From the human T2T-CHM13v2.0 reference genome, Homo sapiens, in assembly GCF_009914755.1 (NCBI RefSeq), contig NC_060943.1: a DNA stretch of 64,000 bases. One strand, 5' to 3'. The notes below the pieces were generated by a model. That model had not been told where the DNA came from. It saw only the letters and a list, made by a program, of their open reading frames with translations, and searched no databases. Made by a program: the position numbers and the translations under genes. Of the stretch, positions 1-17,830 are shown piece after piece. Position 1 is the first letter of the stretch. Every line of letters begins with the position of its first letter.

Positions 1-546
1 AAAAGATGCCCGACTGAGACCCCAGGAGAGGGTTCTTTGTTCTCACACAGGAAGGAATTCCAGGCGAGTTGCAGAGAACAGTGAGAAGAGAGAGTTTACT
101 GAAAGCTACTGCATTACACAGTAGGGCGACCTCAGAATGTGACCGGAAAATGCACCGTCTTTTTTTTTCCTTTTAAGTTGTTCTGATATAGAGTCTTTTC
201 CATGTGAAGATTTAACTAAGCTGTGTCTACATGCGGTGGGCTGATAGCATGACAATGTTTAGTATCCTGTTGATTTAAAGAAAACTCTCCTTGACATTCC
301 AGTGTGTAGCTTAGGAAAGCATAGCTATCATTATGTTGAAGGCATCTATTGCTTTGGATATTGGGCATCTGGACATTTTGCTTTCATAGGAGTCTGTCTT
401 GCAAGCATTGCTAAGCTGCTTCCTCAGCCACAGACATCTTAGAACCAGGGTGGTGACTGGCCAGGACTGTGCCTTGCTAGTTTCAAGAAGGAGTTGATTT
501 CTAAATGGTGTTGCCCTCACTCTCCTATGTTCCTGTTTCCCTAGCA
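1..546 (-). mobile_element. ERV1 solo LTR, MER41-like (truncated by the window edge)
   Basis: Mirror of 26140-26685; ends ...tttccctagca. Confidence 0.65.
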
Positions 547-1587
547 CTGTGGTCATTTAGACAAAGACATTTCCCCTGAACCCAGGTTTTGCTTTGCTCA
601 TCAGTTTGGACATGAAAGGGCTTTACCTGTATTTTCTTTGCACTTTCTGATTTCCACTTGAATATCTTGTTTGAACTTAAGGACTTTGATTGCAGAAATT
701 TCAGAGACTGTGCTTCATAGTTTAAAACATTCTTACAATTTATAAAATGTAGGTATATCTAATTTTGACAAACAGGGACTACAGATTGATAAGATATCCA
801 GTTTTCTAATATATTAAATTTTCTTTGAGGCCAATTCCACGATCAATTTTTCCAGATGTTTGATGGTATACTATGAGGGTCTCTAGAGGAGGGACCTGCA
901 TTGCATACATATCAAACACGCTAAGTCCAGTGAACAATTCTTTTAATGGATCACCTGCTTTTCTCATTCACATTGGTGTCATGTCACTGGCAGAGGAAGG
1001 ATGCGTCCGTGTAGTTTGAATGACAGGATGTGTGAGTTTACTCCTAGGGACACGGTGGGCACAGCAGAGAGATGGGGCTGACTGCATCCTGTGCCTGGGA
1101 GAGTCCAGGGATAGGAAGGAATCAGCGTCTCATTTTCTACCCTCCACAGGGAAAGAGAATCCCTCGGGCAGGACCAGCAGTGATGGACCCCAACACTCTC
1201 TCCATGGAACAGGGGAAGCAGTTCTTAAAGCAGTGCGGGATCCCACAAAGAGATGTGAGTACAGGAGCTGCGGGGTCACCTGGGAGGCAGGTGGAATGGG
1301 TGGAGTCCAAGTCGAGGGGGAAGGCTGAAGCAGGCTCCCCGTCCATGACCGGCTCATATTCAGAGTTTCACACCCTCCATACACGGGCACTGACCCATTA
1401 AAATCGATATGTAATTCCTCAAAGGGACATGGGAAAATGACACCACCACTGCCCCTTAGTTCCCACCTGGGAACAGCAGCACTTCCCAATACCCTGGGCT
1501 TTCACTCTTGGCGCCATTTGAAGGTCATCAGCCAACTCCTCACCAGCTCTGGAGTAAAGAACTGTGAGATTGCCTTTGCATCCTCAT

Positions 1588-1875
1588 AGCTTAGCTCCCA
1601 CACATGAGTGAGAACATAAGGTGTTTGGTTTTGCATTCGTGACTTATTCACAGAGAATAATAGTCTCCAATCCCATCCAGGTTGCTGTGAAGGCCATTAA
1701 TTTCTTCCTTTTTATGGCTGAGTAGTATTCCATCGTGTGTGTGTATATATATAACAGTTCCTTTATCCACCGGTTGATTGATGGGCATTTGGGCTGGTTC
1801 CATATTTTTGCAATTGCGAATTGTGCTGCTGTAAACACGCGTGTACAAGTATCTTTTTCACATAATGACTTCTTT
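1588..1875 (-). mobile_element. L1 3' fragment (L1PB/L1MA-like); mirror copy at ~24745-25090
   Basis: ttagctcccacacatgagtgagaacat...tttatggctgagtagtattccat. The minus-strand peptide CTRVFTAAQFAIAKIWNQPKCPS resembles the ORF2p C-terminus. Confidence 0.85.
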
Positions 1876-2484
1876 AAAAAAAAGAAAAGAAAAAAAAAAC
1901 CAAAACACCAAAATGTGAGCCTGCCCAGCATTCCCTTTAAAATCTCAGGAAGATGGGAGTTCCTCCTCTCCTCTGCCAAGGCTTCCTCCTGCCTGCAGAA
2001 CTCAGGTTGCGTCTCCATTCTCCTTTCTCTGCATTAGATTGACTTGATGACAGAGAAATGGGTTGTTCTCGCCTCTGTGGAGGTTCTTCTGCGATTTCCT
2101 CTGAAGCCAGGAGAGGATCCGACCGCCCGCTATGTCTCAAATAAAAAATGCCAACCTTCAGTGGACTGGCCCACCACAATTTCACAGAGACGTGGATACC
2201 AAGAGAAGTGGTAAGACAAGTATTAGGGAATAAGCTAGGGACAGCCTGGGGGACTCCCCAAGCACTGTTTTCCTGTTGTATTCCTGTTGTGGGCTCAAGG
2301 TTTCTGCTGAACACGCCTGGAGGCTTCCGTCTTGCGTGTCCCCCCATGACACGGCCAGTGATGTGTGCGAAGCCTGGCGTGAACACGCACATATGTGTCA
2401 GCATCGCAGGATCCTCAGAGGGCTGGTCCTCGCTTGGCTTTGTGCCTGCCTCTGTGTGAAGAGTGGCGTGTGGTCACAGGGGTC

Positions 2485-2780
2485 TCACGTGAAACGTCAC
2501 GAGTGTCCATAGGTTGAATATGAAAACTTTGCAAAGCTTTGAGCTTCTGGTTGGTTTTCTGAGTGAGAAGCTATTCTATGAAAATAGTGGGTTTTCTGGA
2601 ACTTGCTGGAAAAATATCAATAGTTGTTGGCTGTTCATCTCTTGGCTTTGACAAGTATTGTCAGAGGGTTTCAGCTCTGAGGCACTGACTGCACACAAAC
2701 CGAGAGCCCAGAAAACTTTTATGCAAGGCTGCAAATCTCACTTCGCCCTCTAGAAATCAAGCAGCCTTTGGTTTATAAAA
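2485..2780 (+). promoter_or_regulatory. Putative FAM90A27P promoter elements: E-box TCACGTGA, CRE half-site, TATAAAA
   Basis: TCACGTGA 2485-2492, ACGTCA 2494-2499 and TATAAAA 2774-2780 lie upstream of the splice acceptor ending at 2981. All are mirrored in the right arm. Confidence 0.4.
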
Positions 2781-3039
2781 TCTGTGTCCTGTTCTGGGAG
2801 TAGGTCAGGCTGGGAGAGAGTCACAAAATAGCACAACTGGGACCTGGGTTCAGAGAGGACCAAGTTACAGTGGGCATGACTCAGTGGCCAGTGCATCCCT
2901 CCATCCCTACTTGGGTAAATAGGGGTAGGAGGAACTTTCGTCTGGTGTCTGTGTAATGTTTTCTCTTTTTCTTATGACTAGGAAATCCAACCATCATTTA
3001 ATGAAGAAGAATGATCAGAAGTTCAAGGACCTGCCACAG

Positions 3040-6429
<3,390 letters not shown>

Positions 6430-6625
6430 GGCCCCCAAGGCAAGAAGACCCAGCTTCAAGCCCATGCGACTTGGAAGTGGCTGAAAGGCTGAGAAGGGGA
6501 GAGGCAGGAAGCAGCCCTGTACGGGGTCAGCCCTTCCCTGGCAGCGGTGTCTGTTCAAACGTGGACCCCAGATACTATCGGGGATCAACGAACCTGCCTA
6601 TTTACATTGTATAAATTTAACCTGT

Positions 6626-6631
6626 ATTAAA
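6626..6631 (+). terminator. Candidate polyadenylation signal ATTAAA for FAM90A27P
   Basis: About 200 nt after the stop codon; mirrored as tttaat near 20345. Confidence 0.45.
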
Positions 6632-7659
6632 ATGGGGCTGTTGAAAGTATCCTATAGATTTCTTTTTCAATTACATATAATTATATGAGAAACTGAGTCA
6701 ACATAAGCAAACAATGCTCCACTAGTGTCAATAGAAAGCTCTGAAACTCATCTGAGGGAGGGAGCAAACCACTGAAATTTGAGTAATTCTGGGCAAAGGG
6801 CCCTTCAATGGTAGTGGAAAACGTCAGTGTCTCCTGAGTCAAGAATATTTGACTGTGAAGGAGAGTTGTAGTGAGAAACGATTAGCCTTGGAAAATGGGA
6901 AATATTTTTTTGCCTTGCAAGAATTTTTTTAAAAATCAGTGAATTCAAATATTTAAGAAACTGTTTTTCATACCCTATAGTTTTTTTTATCAGTCCATTC
7001 AAATATGTAATAAACTGTTCTTCATACCCTCTACATTTTTCCAGGATATAAAACAAGGGAAATACTCCATTTATTTTATGAAGCTACCTAGACTCTGATT
7101 TCCACTGTGGTAGAGAGGGCATCTCAGCTAGCGCATGTGTAAAGTTGAGGTACCAATATTCTCAATGTTGGAGTTATTCAGTGGATTCAATAAGTTATGC
7201 AAAGCACGTCATGAATGGCACATGGTAAAATATATTTTACTATTATTATTATCATACCACAAGTAAACAATAGAGTAACTTGAAGTTTTTAAACGAATTT
7301 CACTTATAAGGATGTATTCTACTAGCCTTGGAACTTTTGTTATTAAATGTCATTGTAAAATTCTGTTTGGTTAATTTCTTTCCATATGAATAAAATTCTC
7401 TGAACTATGACACGTCTTACTGGTGTTTTGAGTTTTCCTTTTCACCTCAGGCCAATTTCTTTACATTTCAATCATCGTGTTTCATTTACTTGAGCAAAGA
7501 GGACTGGGTGCCCAGAGTGTCACCCGCAGACCCATAGCTTCTGAGAAACACAGACCCTCAGGCACAGCCCCACCCCCACCTGCTCAATCAGTAGCTGCAG
7601 TTGAATAACAACCCCAGGTGTTTCACATGTGGGTTAAAGTGGGAGAAGCACGAACATAG

Positions 7660-7828
7660 ACTGACTCTCAACTTGGTTGCACGTTGGAATCTCCTGGTGA
7701 GCTTCCCCCGCTGGCTGGGTCCCACCCTTGGAGAGAGTCATGTTCTAAGTCCCGTGTGAGGCTGGATATAGGGATGGGTGGACCCTTTGAGGTTAAGTCA
7801 AACATGGGTCAAGGTTAGGAAACACTGG
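7660..7828. mobile_element. MER5-like hAT DNA transposon remnant (mirror ~19198-19365)
   Basis: ctctcaacttggttgcacgttggaatctcctgg...aaggttaggaaacactg. Confidence 0.55.
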
Positions 7829-8223
7829 AGGGAGAGGGCGAAGACAATGCTTCCCTAACCCGCCTCCTGAGGAAACTCTCCTGAATTCAGAAAGATCAGA
7901 AGGCTCTGAGGGTGGGATTTCAGTCTCAGGAGAGCATCCCTGTCTCCCTAGGACCTGGTCCCTAAAAAGCAGTGGATGGAATTGTCCAGGCTGCCTCGTG
8001 GATGGGGCTGGAAGCCATGAAATATAAAGAGTGATCTGGAAACTCAGGTTGAACTCCTCCGGCGTGCTTTAGTGGGGGTGATTTTTTAAAATGTGTTATA
8101 CCAGAGTCATTTCTTCAACACTGGGCAACCAATTTGCTGTACAAAGGGTTTCCCAGATACAGAAGTTACACTCCAGCACGTTGTGTTTAGTACACTCTGG
8201 TTTGTCTATGAGCTCCGTGCTGA

Positions 8224-8628
<405 letters not shown>

Positions 8629-8629
8629 T

Positions 8630-9392
<763 letters not shown>

Positions 9393-10003
9393 TTAAAAAA
9401 TAAATTTTACCGAATGGAGGTTCCCCAAAGAGGAAAACACTTACGTTAAAACAATTCAATTATTCATTCCTTGGCTAACAGCTAGATTGAACTACTGATC
9501 TGACTTGGAGCTGAAGTGCCCTGGAAAACATATTTTAAAAATTGTCACTCTTTTCTTCCCTTGTAGGGTGCTTTAAATTAAGATTTTAAAATGTTGAATA
9601 TTACAGGTCAAATGCAATTTTATATAACCACACTGAAGTGGCAGACAGTGCTAAGGTGAAGAGCTGAGGATTTGCATAGTAAAATAGGAACAAGGCAGTT
9701 ATAATTTAATTTTTAAAACTCTCATTTAAATTTGCAGTGCTTTAAACGAGTATTACTTATTCATTTACATCAACTTTGTTGGTTACTACTTAGTAATCAA
9801 CAGAGTTTAGGAGACCATAAAAATACTCTTTCTGTTAGAAAATACAACAAAAATATAATTTTTAGCAGTTTGACTTTCAAACTGTTCTCTGTAGTGACTC
9901 ACATCTGCAATACATCTGTTTTGAGAATCTTGAAATGTGAACCCTGAGGGTTCTATGAAGCATTTTTAAACTTCCAGTTTTACCCATTTTTGACTCTTTT
10001 TAA

Positions 10004-10412
<409 letters not shown>

Positions 10413-10707
10413 TAGACAGATTCCTAAAACACAAACATCTAAATTTAACATGTATCTTTCCACCAGTATGGAACAGTTCATTCCTTTTTCACACAAAATC
10501 AGTTATATGATTGGTGCATTAACTCCAATCTCCATGTTTATACAGAATGCTCCATTTGTTAAACCTCTCTGAAAAGAATAAAAAATTCAGATGATTAATT
10601 CACTTACACTTAGAAACTAAGTCAGTATACCACAAATATATATTGTGATCAGTTATAATACAATATTTCTTGGCCTAGGGTTTCAATTAAACAACAGAAA
10701 AAAATGA

Positions 10708-11127
<420 letters not shown>

Positions 11128-11151
11128 TAGCACACCCACTGTAGAGTTACA

Positions 11152-11862
11152 TTAAGACATAAAAACTCTTTGCTTGAAATCAATAACCGCGCTGCACATG
11201 GGACATCTGTCAACTGCTTCAGCACATTGTTTACAAGTGACCAGATGTCCACAAGGAATAAAAACAACAGCGATATATCTGTCCATGCAGATTTTACAAA
11301 GCTTCTCCTCTTGCAGACGCCTTAGCGGCTCTTCAGGGCTGATTTCTCTCTGCAATGAAGTCTGATTCAATTCATTTTCTGTAGTGTCTTTCTGAGCGCT
11401 CACTAGATCTGCAACAAGAACCTCAAGCGTTTTATAGTTGCTCCCAGATGTTTGAATTCTTTCCTCCATTATTTTCTTAACGTCCTTGAAATCAAATCCC
11501 ATTCGTATAGCTTCTTGTAGCATAGGATTAGGGAAGATGGTATCACTGATTCTTTTAGTTAGTGATGGTGTTTTCTTGGTAGTTTGTACCAGAGCTCCCT
11601 CAAGTGAACGGGTTAAATGAATGTTGTTTATATATTCATGTCCCTTCTCTTCTAGCAGATATTTGCAACCTGGATACCATTTAGCATGCTGTTCCCAAGG
11701 ATCTTCCTTGGGCTTCCAGTTGGCTAGCCCTCCTCCACAGTGAAAGCACTGTACTTTATCCTCTTGACCTATAGCATAAAATCCAGCTCTTGCAAGCTGC
11801 TCTTTGTTGACGGAGTACATCCATGTCCCAAAAGTAATGAGCCGGGCTTCATAACCCGTCAT
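11152..11862 (-). CDS. BIRC8: BIRC8/ILP-2 inhibitor of apoptosis, 236 aa (BIR3-like, UBA, RING)
   Basis: [14 protein letters not shown]...[12 protein letters not shown]...HAKWYPGC (BIR) and CKICMD...[10 protein letters not shown]...CPMC (RING); first ATG of the frame is at 11860-11862. Confidence 0.95.
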   Translation of the reverse strand: MTGYEARLITFGTWMYSVNKEQLARAGFYAIGQEDKVQCFHCGGGLANWKPKEDPWEQHAKWYPGCKYLLEEKGHEYINNIHLTRSLEGALVQTTKKTPSLTKRISDTIFPNPMLQEAIRMGFDFKDVKKIMEERIQTSGSNYKTLEVLVADLVSAQKDTTENELNQTSLQREISPEEPLRRLQEEKLCKICMDRYIAVVFIPCGHLVTCKQCAEAVDRCPMCSAVIDFKQRVFMS

Positions 11863-12619
11863 GGATGGATTCCTTGGAGAACTTGTTGAATTTGAGAAAT
11901 TCCTATCAGAACTCGCAACATCAGATTCACCTCGAATATTAACGTTGTGGCCCAAAATAAAGAAGCAATTAGGAAAATGTCTCCTGTGTTCTGACCAGGC
12001 ACGATCACCAGGTTCCCAGTTTTTCAGTTTTCCGCCACAACAGAAGCACTGCACTTGGTCATCAGTGCCTGTGTAGTACAGCCCAGCACTGGCCAGCTCT
12101 CTCGGGGTCAAGTGGGCAGAGGCTGGCCAGTTGTGAAACGACTGTTATCTAGCTTCTTCACTATGCATGGCGGGGCTCCTCGGGTGTATGGAGTCTGATC
12201 TATCCACCACCTGTCCAGCTCTCAAAAGCTGGTCTGCACGAGTCTCAGACGGCCTGTCTAAAGCACAACGCTTTTCCTCTCCCAGATGGTTTTCAACTTG
12301 GTATTGACTATTTGGGACACCAGGATTTGCAGGTTTCGTGGCACTGTCTTCAAAATAAAAGCTGCGGATAAACCTGCAATTCGGCGCTGCTTTCTTGTGT
12401 TTGTCAACTCCTGAGCCCCCACGTTGCCACCTGTCTACCGCTTCAGGGCAGCTAAGGCCCCCCAGGGCGTCTCCTCCAACGCGCCGATGCCCAGGCAGGC
12501 CCACCACCTGCAAAGCCAGCAAACGTTTTTGATCTATTAATCTCTTCTACTAATTCTTCATCCTCATTGATGTCTGCAGACACATACGTTTTAGATCCTT
12601 CGAAACTGTTCAAAGTTAT
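11863..12619 (-). pseudogene. Disabled XIAP N-terminal coding region (BIR1, linker, BIR2) upstream of the BIRC8 ATG
   Basis: Ancestral ATG is now ATA (12617-12619; [11 protein letters not shown] versus [15 protein letters not shown]). Frameshifting deletion at ~12480; TAA at 12145-12147. Confidence 0.9.
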
Positions 12620-12965
12620 CTTCTCTTGAATATAGGACTTGTCCACCGTCTCGCGCCAGGATAGCGGCTCCAACCGCCCAGGCGATCGGCCTTGTCCCAA
12701 CGGGAGGGTCCCGCGGAGGGACGGTCCGAGCCCCCTACCATTGGAAATGCCAAACCCTGCCCTAAGCCGGGCCCAGCCACCCAGGCTGACGACCCACGAT
12801 TAGCACCGCGCGCACTGGGGAGCCGCCAAGGTGCAGCCACTTCCCAGAGCTCCGAAGGGTCAGCAAGAAAAGAGGAAGCCACGAACGCTCCCAGCCTCCA
12901 GCTGGAAACCACGCGGTGGAGTGGGCGCTTGCGCAGTGAGCACCTCGTGCCCCACGCCCGTGTCT

Positions 12966-14120
<1,155 letters not shown>

Positions 14121-14704
14121 GTGTGTGTGTGTGTGTGTGCATATATGTGTGTGCATACATATAGATAGATAATATTTTTTTCAGTTGTATTGCCTTTCTT
14201 TTTCTTATTGATTTGAGTACACTATATATGCTGGAAACAAGTAATTCCTTGGTTTTTGTTCTATCTTTCTTATCTTTTTATTAATATCAGCTCTTAAATT
14301 TTTTATAAACTGAATTGTCATTTCTCCTTTTATACTTCACATTAATGCTTTTCGGGCTGTGTGAGAAATCATTTTGTTCTCCTTTGATCTATTCTAAAAA
14401 TTTCATTAGTCATCTTTACAATTTAAATCAGATATCCATTCAGAATTAAGTTGTTGCATTGCACTAACAATTGATACTATGTTCAGTTAAGCCTCATGAC
14501 TTTTACTGGATGGAAACCATCATGTTTCATTACGGTTTCTACTCTTTCTCTCATCACCACTGGAGCTCACATTTCTGTGAAGCCTTGTGGTCATTCTCTC
14601 CCTTCTTCCTGCCTACTGGACATGTTAGCAATCCCACAGCACTACAAAACAAAGCTTTGTGTCCAGAATCTTTAATGGGCCTTTTTTCTCAAAGTATCAA
14701 TTAT

Positions 14705-14707
<3 letters not shown>

Positions 14708-14752
<45 letters not shown>
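14708..14752. repeat. (TA)n microsatellite at an Alu tail
   Basis: Perfect run of about 22 units. Confidence 0.97.
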
Positions 14753-15098
<346 letters not shown>

Positions 15099-15347
15099 TA
15101 AAGGGAGAAGTCCACTGTGTTTAGAGATATTTTCCCCATGCATTCCTTATGTTTCCTACGTCTTTTATCAGCTTCTGCTCCAGACTCTCTAAAGATTTTG
15201 TGTAAAAAACAGCCTTGAAAGATGGTGGTACTGTCTTCATAGGCGTTACAAGATAGATAAATTATTTGAACAATATAACAAAGATAATGCCTTCCACTGA
15301 GGCAAAAGTTAGGAAGATTTTCTTGCGATCCACTTTAAAATAGTGGG

Positions 15348-15770
15348 GGCAGGGTGCGGTGGCTCACGGCTATAATCCCAGCACTTTGGAAGGCTGAGGT
15401 GTGTGGATGACTTGAGGCCAGGCGTTTGAGACCAGCCTGGCCAATATGGTGAAATCCTATCTCTACCAAAAATACAAAATTAGCTGGGTGTGAGGGCACT
15501 GACCTGGAATCGCAATTACTTGGGAGGCTGAGGCAGGAGAATCCGTTGAGCCTGGGAGGCGAAGGCTGTAGTGAATTGAGGTGGCACCACTGTACTCCAG
15601 CCTGGGCGATAGAGCGAGACTCTGTCGCAAAAAATAAATAAAATAAAATAATGGACCGGGCATGGTGGCTCGTGCCTGTAATCCCAGCACTTTGGGAGGC
15701 CGAGGCGGGCAGATCACAAGGTCAGGAGATCAAGACCACCCTGGCTAATTCAGTGAAACCCCATCTCTAG
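15348..15770 (+). mobile_element. Alu (15348-15650) followed by a 3'-truncated Alu left monomer (15654-15770)
   Basis: Alu consensus. Confidence 0.9.
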
Positions 15771-16393
15771 TGATAAGCAGAAAAGAGGGTTGAGGAAGGG
15801 ACTTTACTGGCCCAACCAGAAACAAACTAAGAACCCAGGACTCTATTCTCTCCCTTGGACACCCTACACCAATCCCTGATGTCACATAATGCAATTTAGT
15901 GTAATCCGCAGTGACATTGATTGTTGGTGTTTAATCCAAGTGATAATGAAAACTGACTTGTAATGTGCTTAAGGACTTTAGCTCCAAAATTAATCTACTG
16001 TTCAGTCCACCCTAGGAGAATTATAGACTCAATTTTCAGAATTATTAAGAGTGCACTACAAGACCACCATGCTTCTCAAAGAGATAGGAGAGGTCAAGAG
16101 GAATCACCTAATCCTGTGCAGAAAGGGTGTCTCCAAATGGCAGTTGCTGGAATACGAATGTTTTCTCTCATCCTTAGTGCATGAATGCTTAGTGGAAACT
16201 GATTGTCTCCTCCTGAAAACATCCATAGTCTCTTCATACTGACAGATTGTTTTCCATCTTCTAGTTAAAGAATCAGCATTTAAGGAAGTGGTAACATACA
16301 AACTGGGTTTCAGAGAGCAGCCCTTGGGCACAAAAGTTTCTAATGATGTATTCTCTGGTTTAAGCATAGTCTCATATGAATCCCACAGTGTAC

Positions 16394-17035
16394 TGCTGGA
16401 AATGAAAGCTGGGAGTCGCAAAGAAAATGAGTACTTGAACAAAAGATTTCTCAGCAAGGCAATTTTACTTCTGCAGAAGGGTGCTGCCTATAAGCCTGAT
16501 TGCCATGAGAGCACCCCAAACAAAGGAAAGCAGGGATTCTTATTCCTAACGCATTGGGCCCCTACTGCTGCGTCCTATCTCCGTTGGCTGGAGCTGGACT
16601 GCACAATCTAGACTGATACTGATTGGCTAAAAACTTAAAACTTTACTAAATAGGTAAAGGCACAATGGGGAACAAAGAAAGGGATGGGGTTGGTTGTAGG
16701 AAACTAGGAAAACAATAACATTTCCAAATAAGGAAAGAAGCCTGGGCTGCAAGCTGGGACATGCCTGGGCATGTCTAGGCCTGTCCGGACAGGCCAGGAA
16801 ACATATGGGTTAGGCCTCTTGGTTTACAGTACAGGGATATAGGATTACTTATTTCTTTACTGTGTTTACCAACTGCCCGGGGCACAACAAAGAGTTATTA
16901 GTAGGGTAAAAGATTTGTTAATAGTATGAAACATGAAGGAAACTTGAAAGAAGCTTTTAAGTGGGACTATCATTCTTAGAACTTAATATTATTAACAAAA
17001 AGGGAAGTTTTGAAGAGGAACTTTTAATTTCCACA
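16394..17035 (-). mobile_element. ERV1 solo LTR, LTR10 (HERV-I)-like, 642 bp
   Basis: TG...CA termini with a 4-bp TSD GTAC (16390-16393, 17036-17039). The minus strand starts tgtggaaattaaaagttcctcttcaaa and has CCAAT boxes and an AGTAAA. Confidence 0.85.
16757..16786. promoter_or_regulatory. p53-family response element
   Basis: GGACATGCCT + GGGCATGTCT are two perfect RRRCWWGYYY half-sites with no spacer, followed by a one-mismatch half-site AGGCCTGTCC. Confidence 0.85.
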
Positions 17036-17763
17036 GTACAATTTTGATTTGTAAAATACACAAAATTTAACACGTTAAAGATTCCATTTGTACAAGGGGC
17101 TTCCACTTAACATGTTTCAGAAATCATGCTTTATTGCTATTACTTTTACTTGTATCAATTATGAATATAGAGATAAGTATACAATTTGAAATTACTAACA
17201 TTAGGTTTCTACCTTGTATGATTTTATCACATATTGGTGTTTCATTTCCCATAGTTTGGAGCAAGACATAGTGTTCAGTGATTTCTGTGATAGGTTCCAA
17301 TTTATTTCTGGCATAAAAGCAAAATCTTATGTCTGCTGCCATCTCAAGATAGAGGCAATTGTGCATTCTTTAAATATGATTTGTCATGGAGCAGTTCCTA
17401 GAGAATTATAAGGTCATTCTGCGTCTATGTTATGTTAAGATATCTCAATTTTATTTGAAGTTTGTATTGGCATATTCTATAAATCTTTATCCATGAATGT
17501 AAACTTGTTACAAAGTTACAAAATAAAATAACACCAATCTACAATAAGAGGACAGGACTTAAAATGACTCTATATACATCTGCATTACTTGAAGAAGACA
17601 GTTAAATTCTCCCTTGCATAGAGTTTAACTCCACCACTCTTTACCAACCCTGCCAAGGTCAAGCCCCCTCTTTGCTCTAAAATTTTGGATTTTGACAAAT
17701 CAGTAGCTTTATCCATCTACGTGTTCCTTAGCTTTCCAGTGAAAGTAATAGTCCTGCCTGTTC

Positions 17764-17830
17764 TGTGATCTGCCTGCCTTGGCCTCCCAAAGTGCTGGGA
17801 TTACAGGCGTGAGCCACCGCGCCCGGCCCG
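17764..17830 (-). mobile_element. Alu 5' fragment at the breakpoint of V1R-upstream homology
   Basis: gtgatctgcctgccttggcctcccaaagtgctgggattacaggcgtgagccaccgcgcccggcc. Confidence 0.9.

Larger units (their letters stand above)
15865..17760 (+). repeat. Diverged paralog of the V1R upstream/intronic region at ~35030-36355, without receptor CDS
   Basis: Collinear shared blocks: acaccaatccct, ttgttggtgttt, aaatgg(c/t)agttgctggaa, catattggtgtttcat, tgaaagtaatagt. Confidence 0.85.

Noticed and set aside
2030-2045. DUX4-like motif near FAM90A (also 28616-28626 in the MST LTR)
   Set aside because: Mismatches to the TAAYBBAATCA consensus; not supportable from sequence alone.
1020-2512. 100-155 aa ORFs upstream of FAM90A, repeated in the right arm
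   Set aside because: Frames differ between arms through indels, there is no recognisable domain, and part is L1-derived.
11863-12111. ORF-track 319-aa BIRC8 starting at 12111
   Set aside because: That start is TTG; the first ATG is at 11862. Kept only as a hypothesis in findings.
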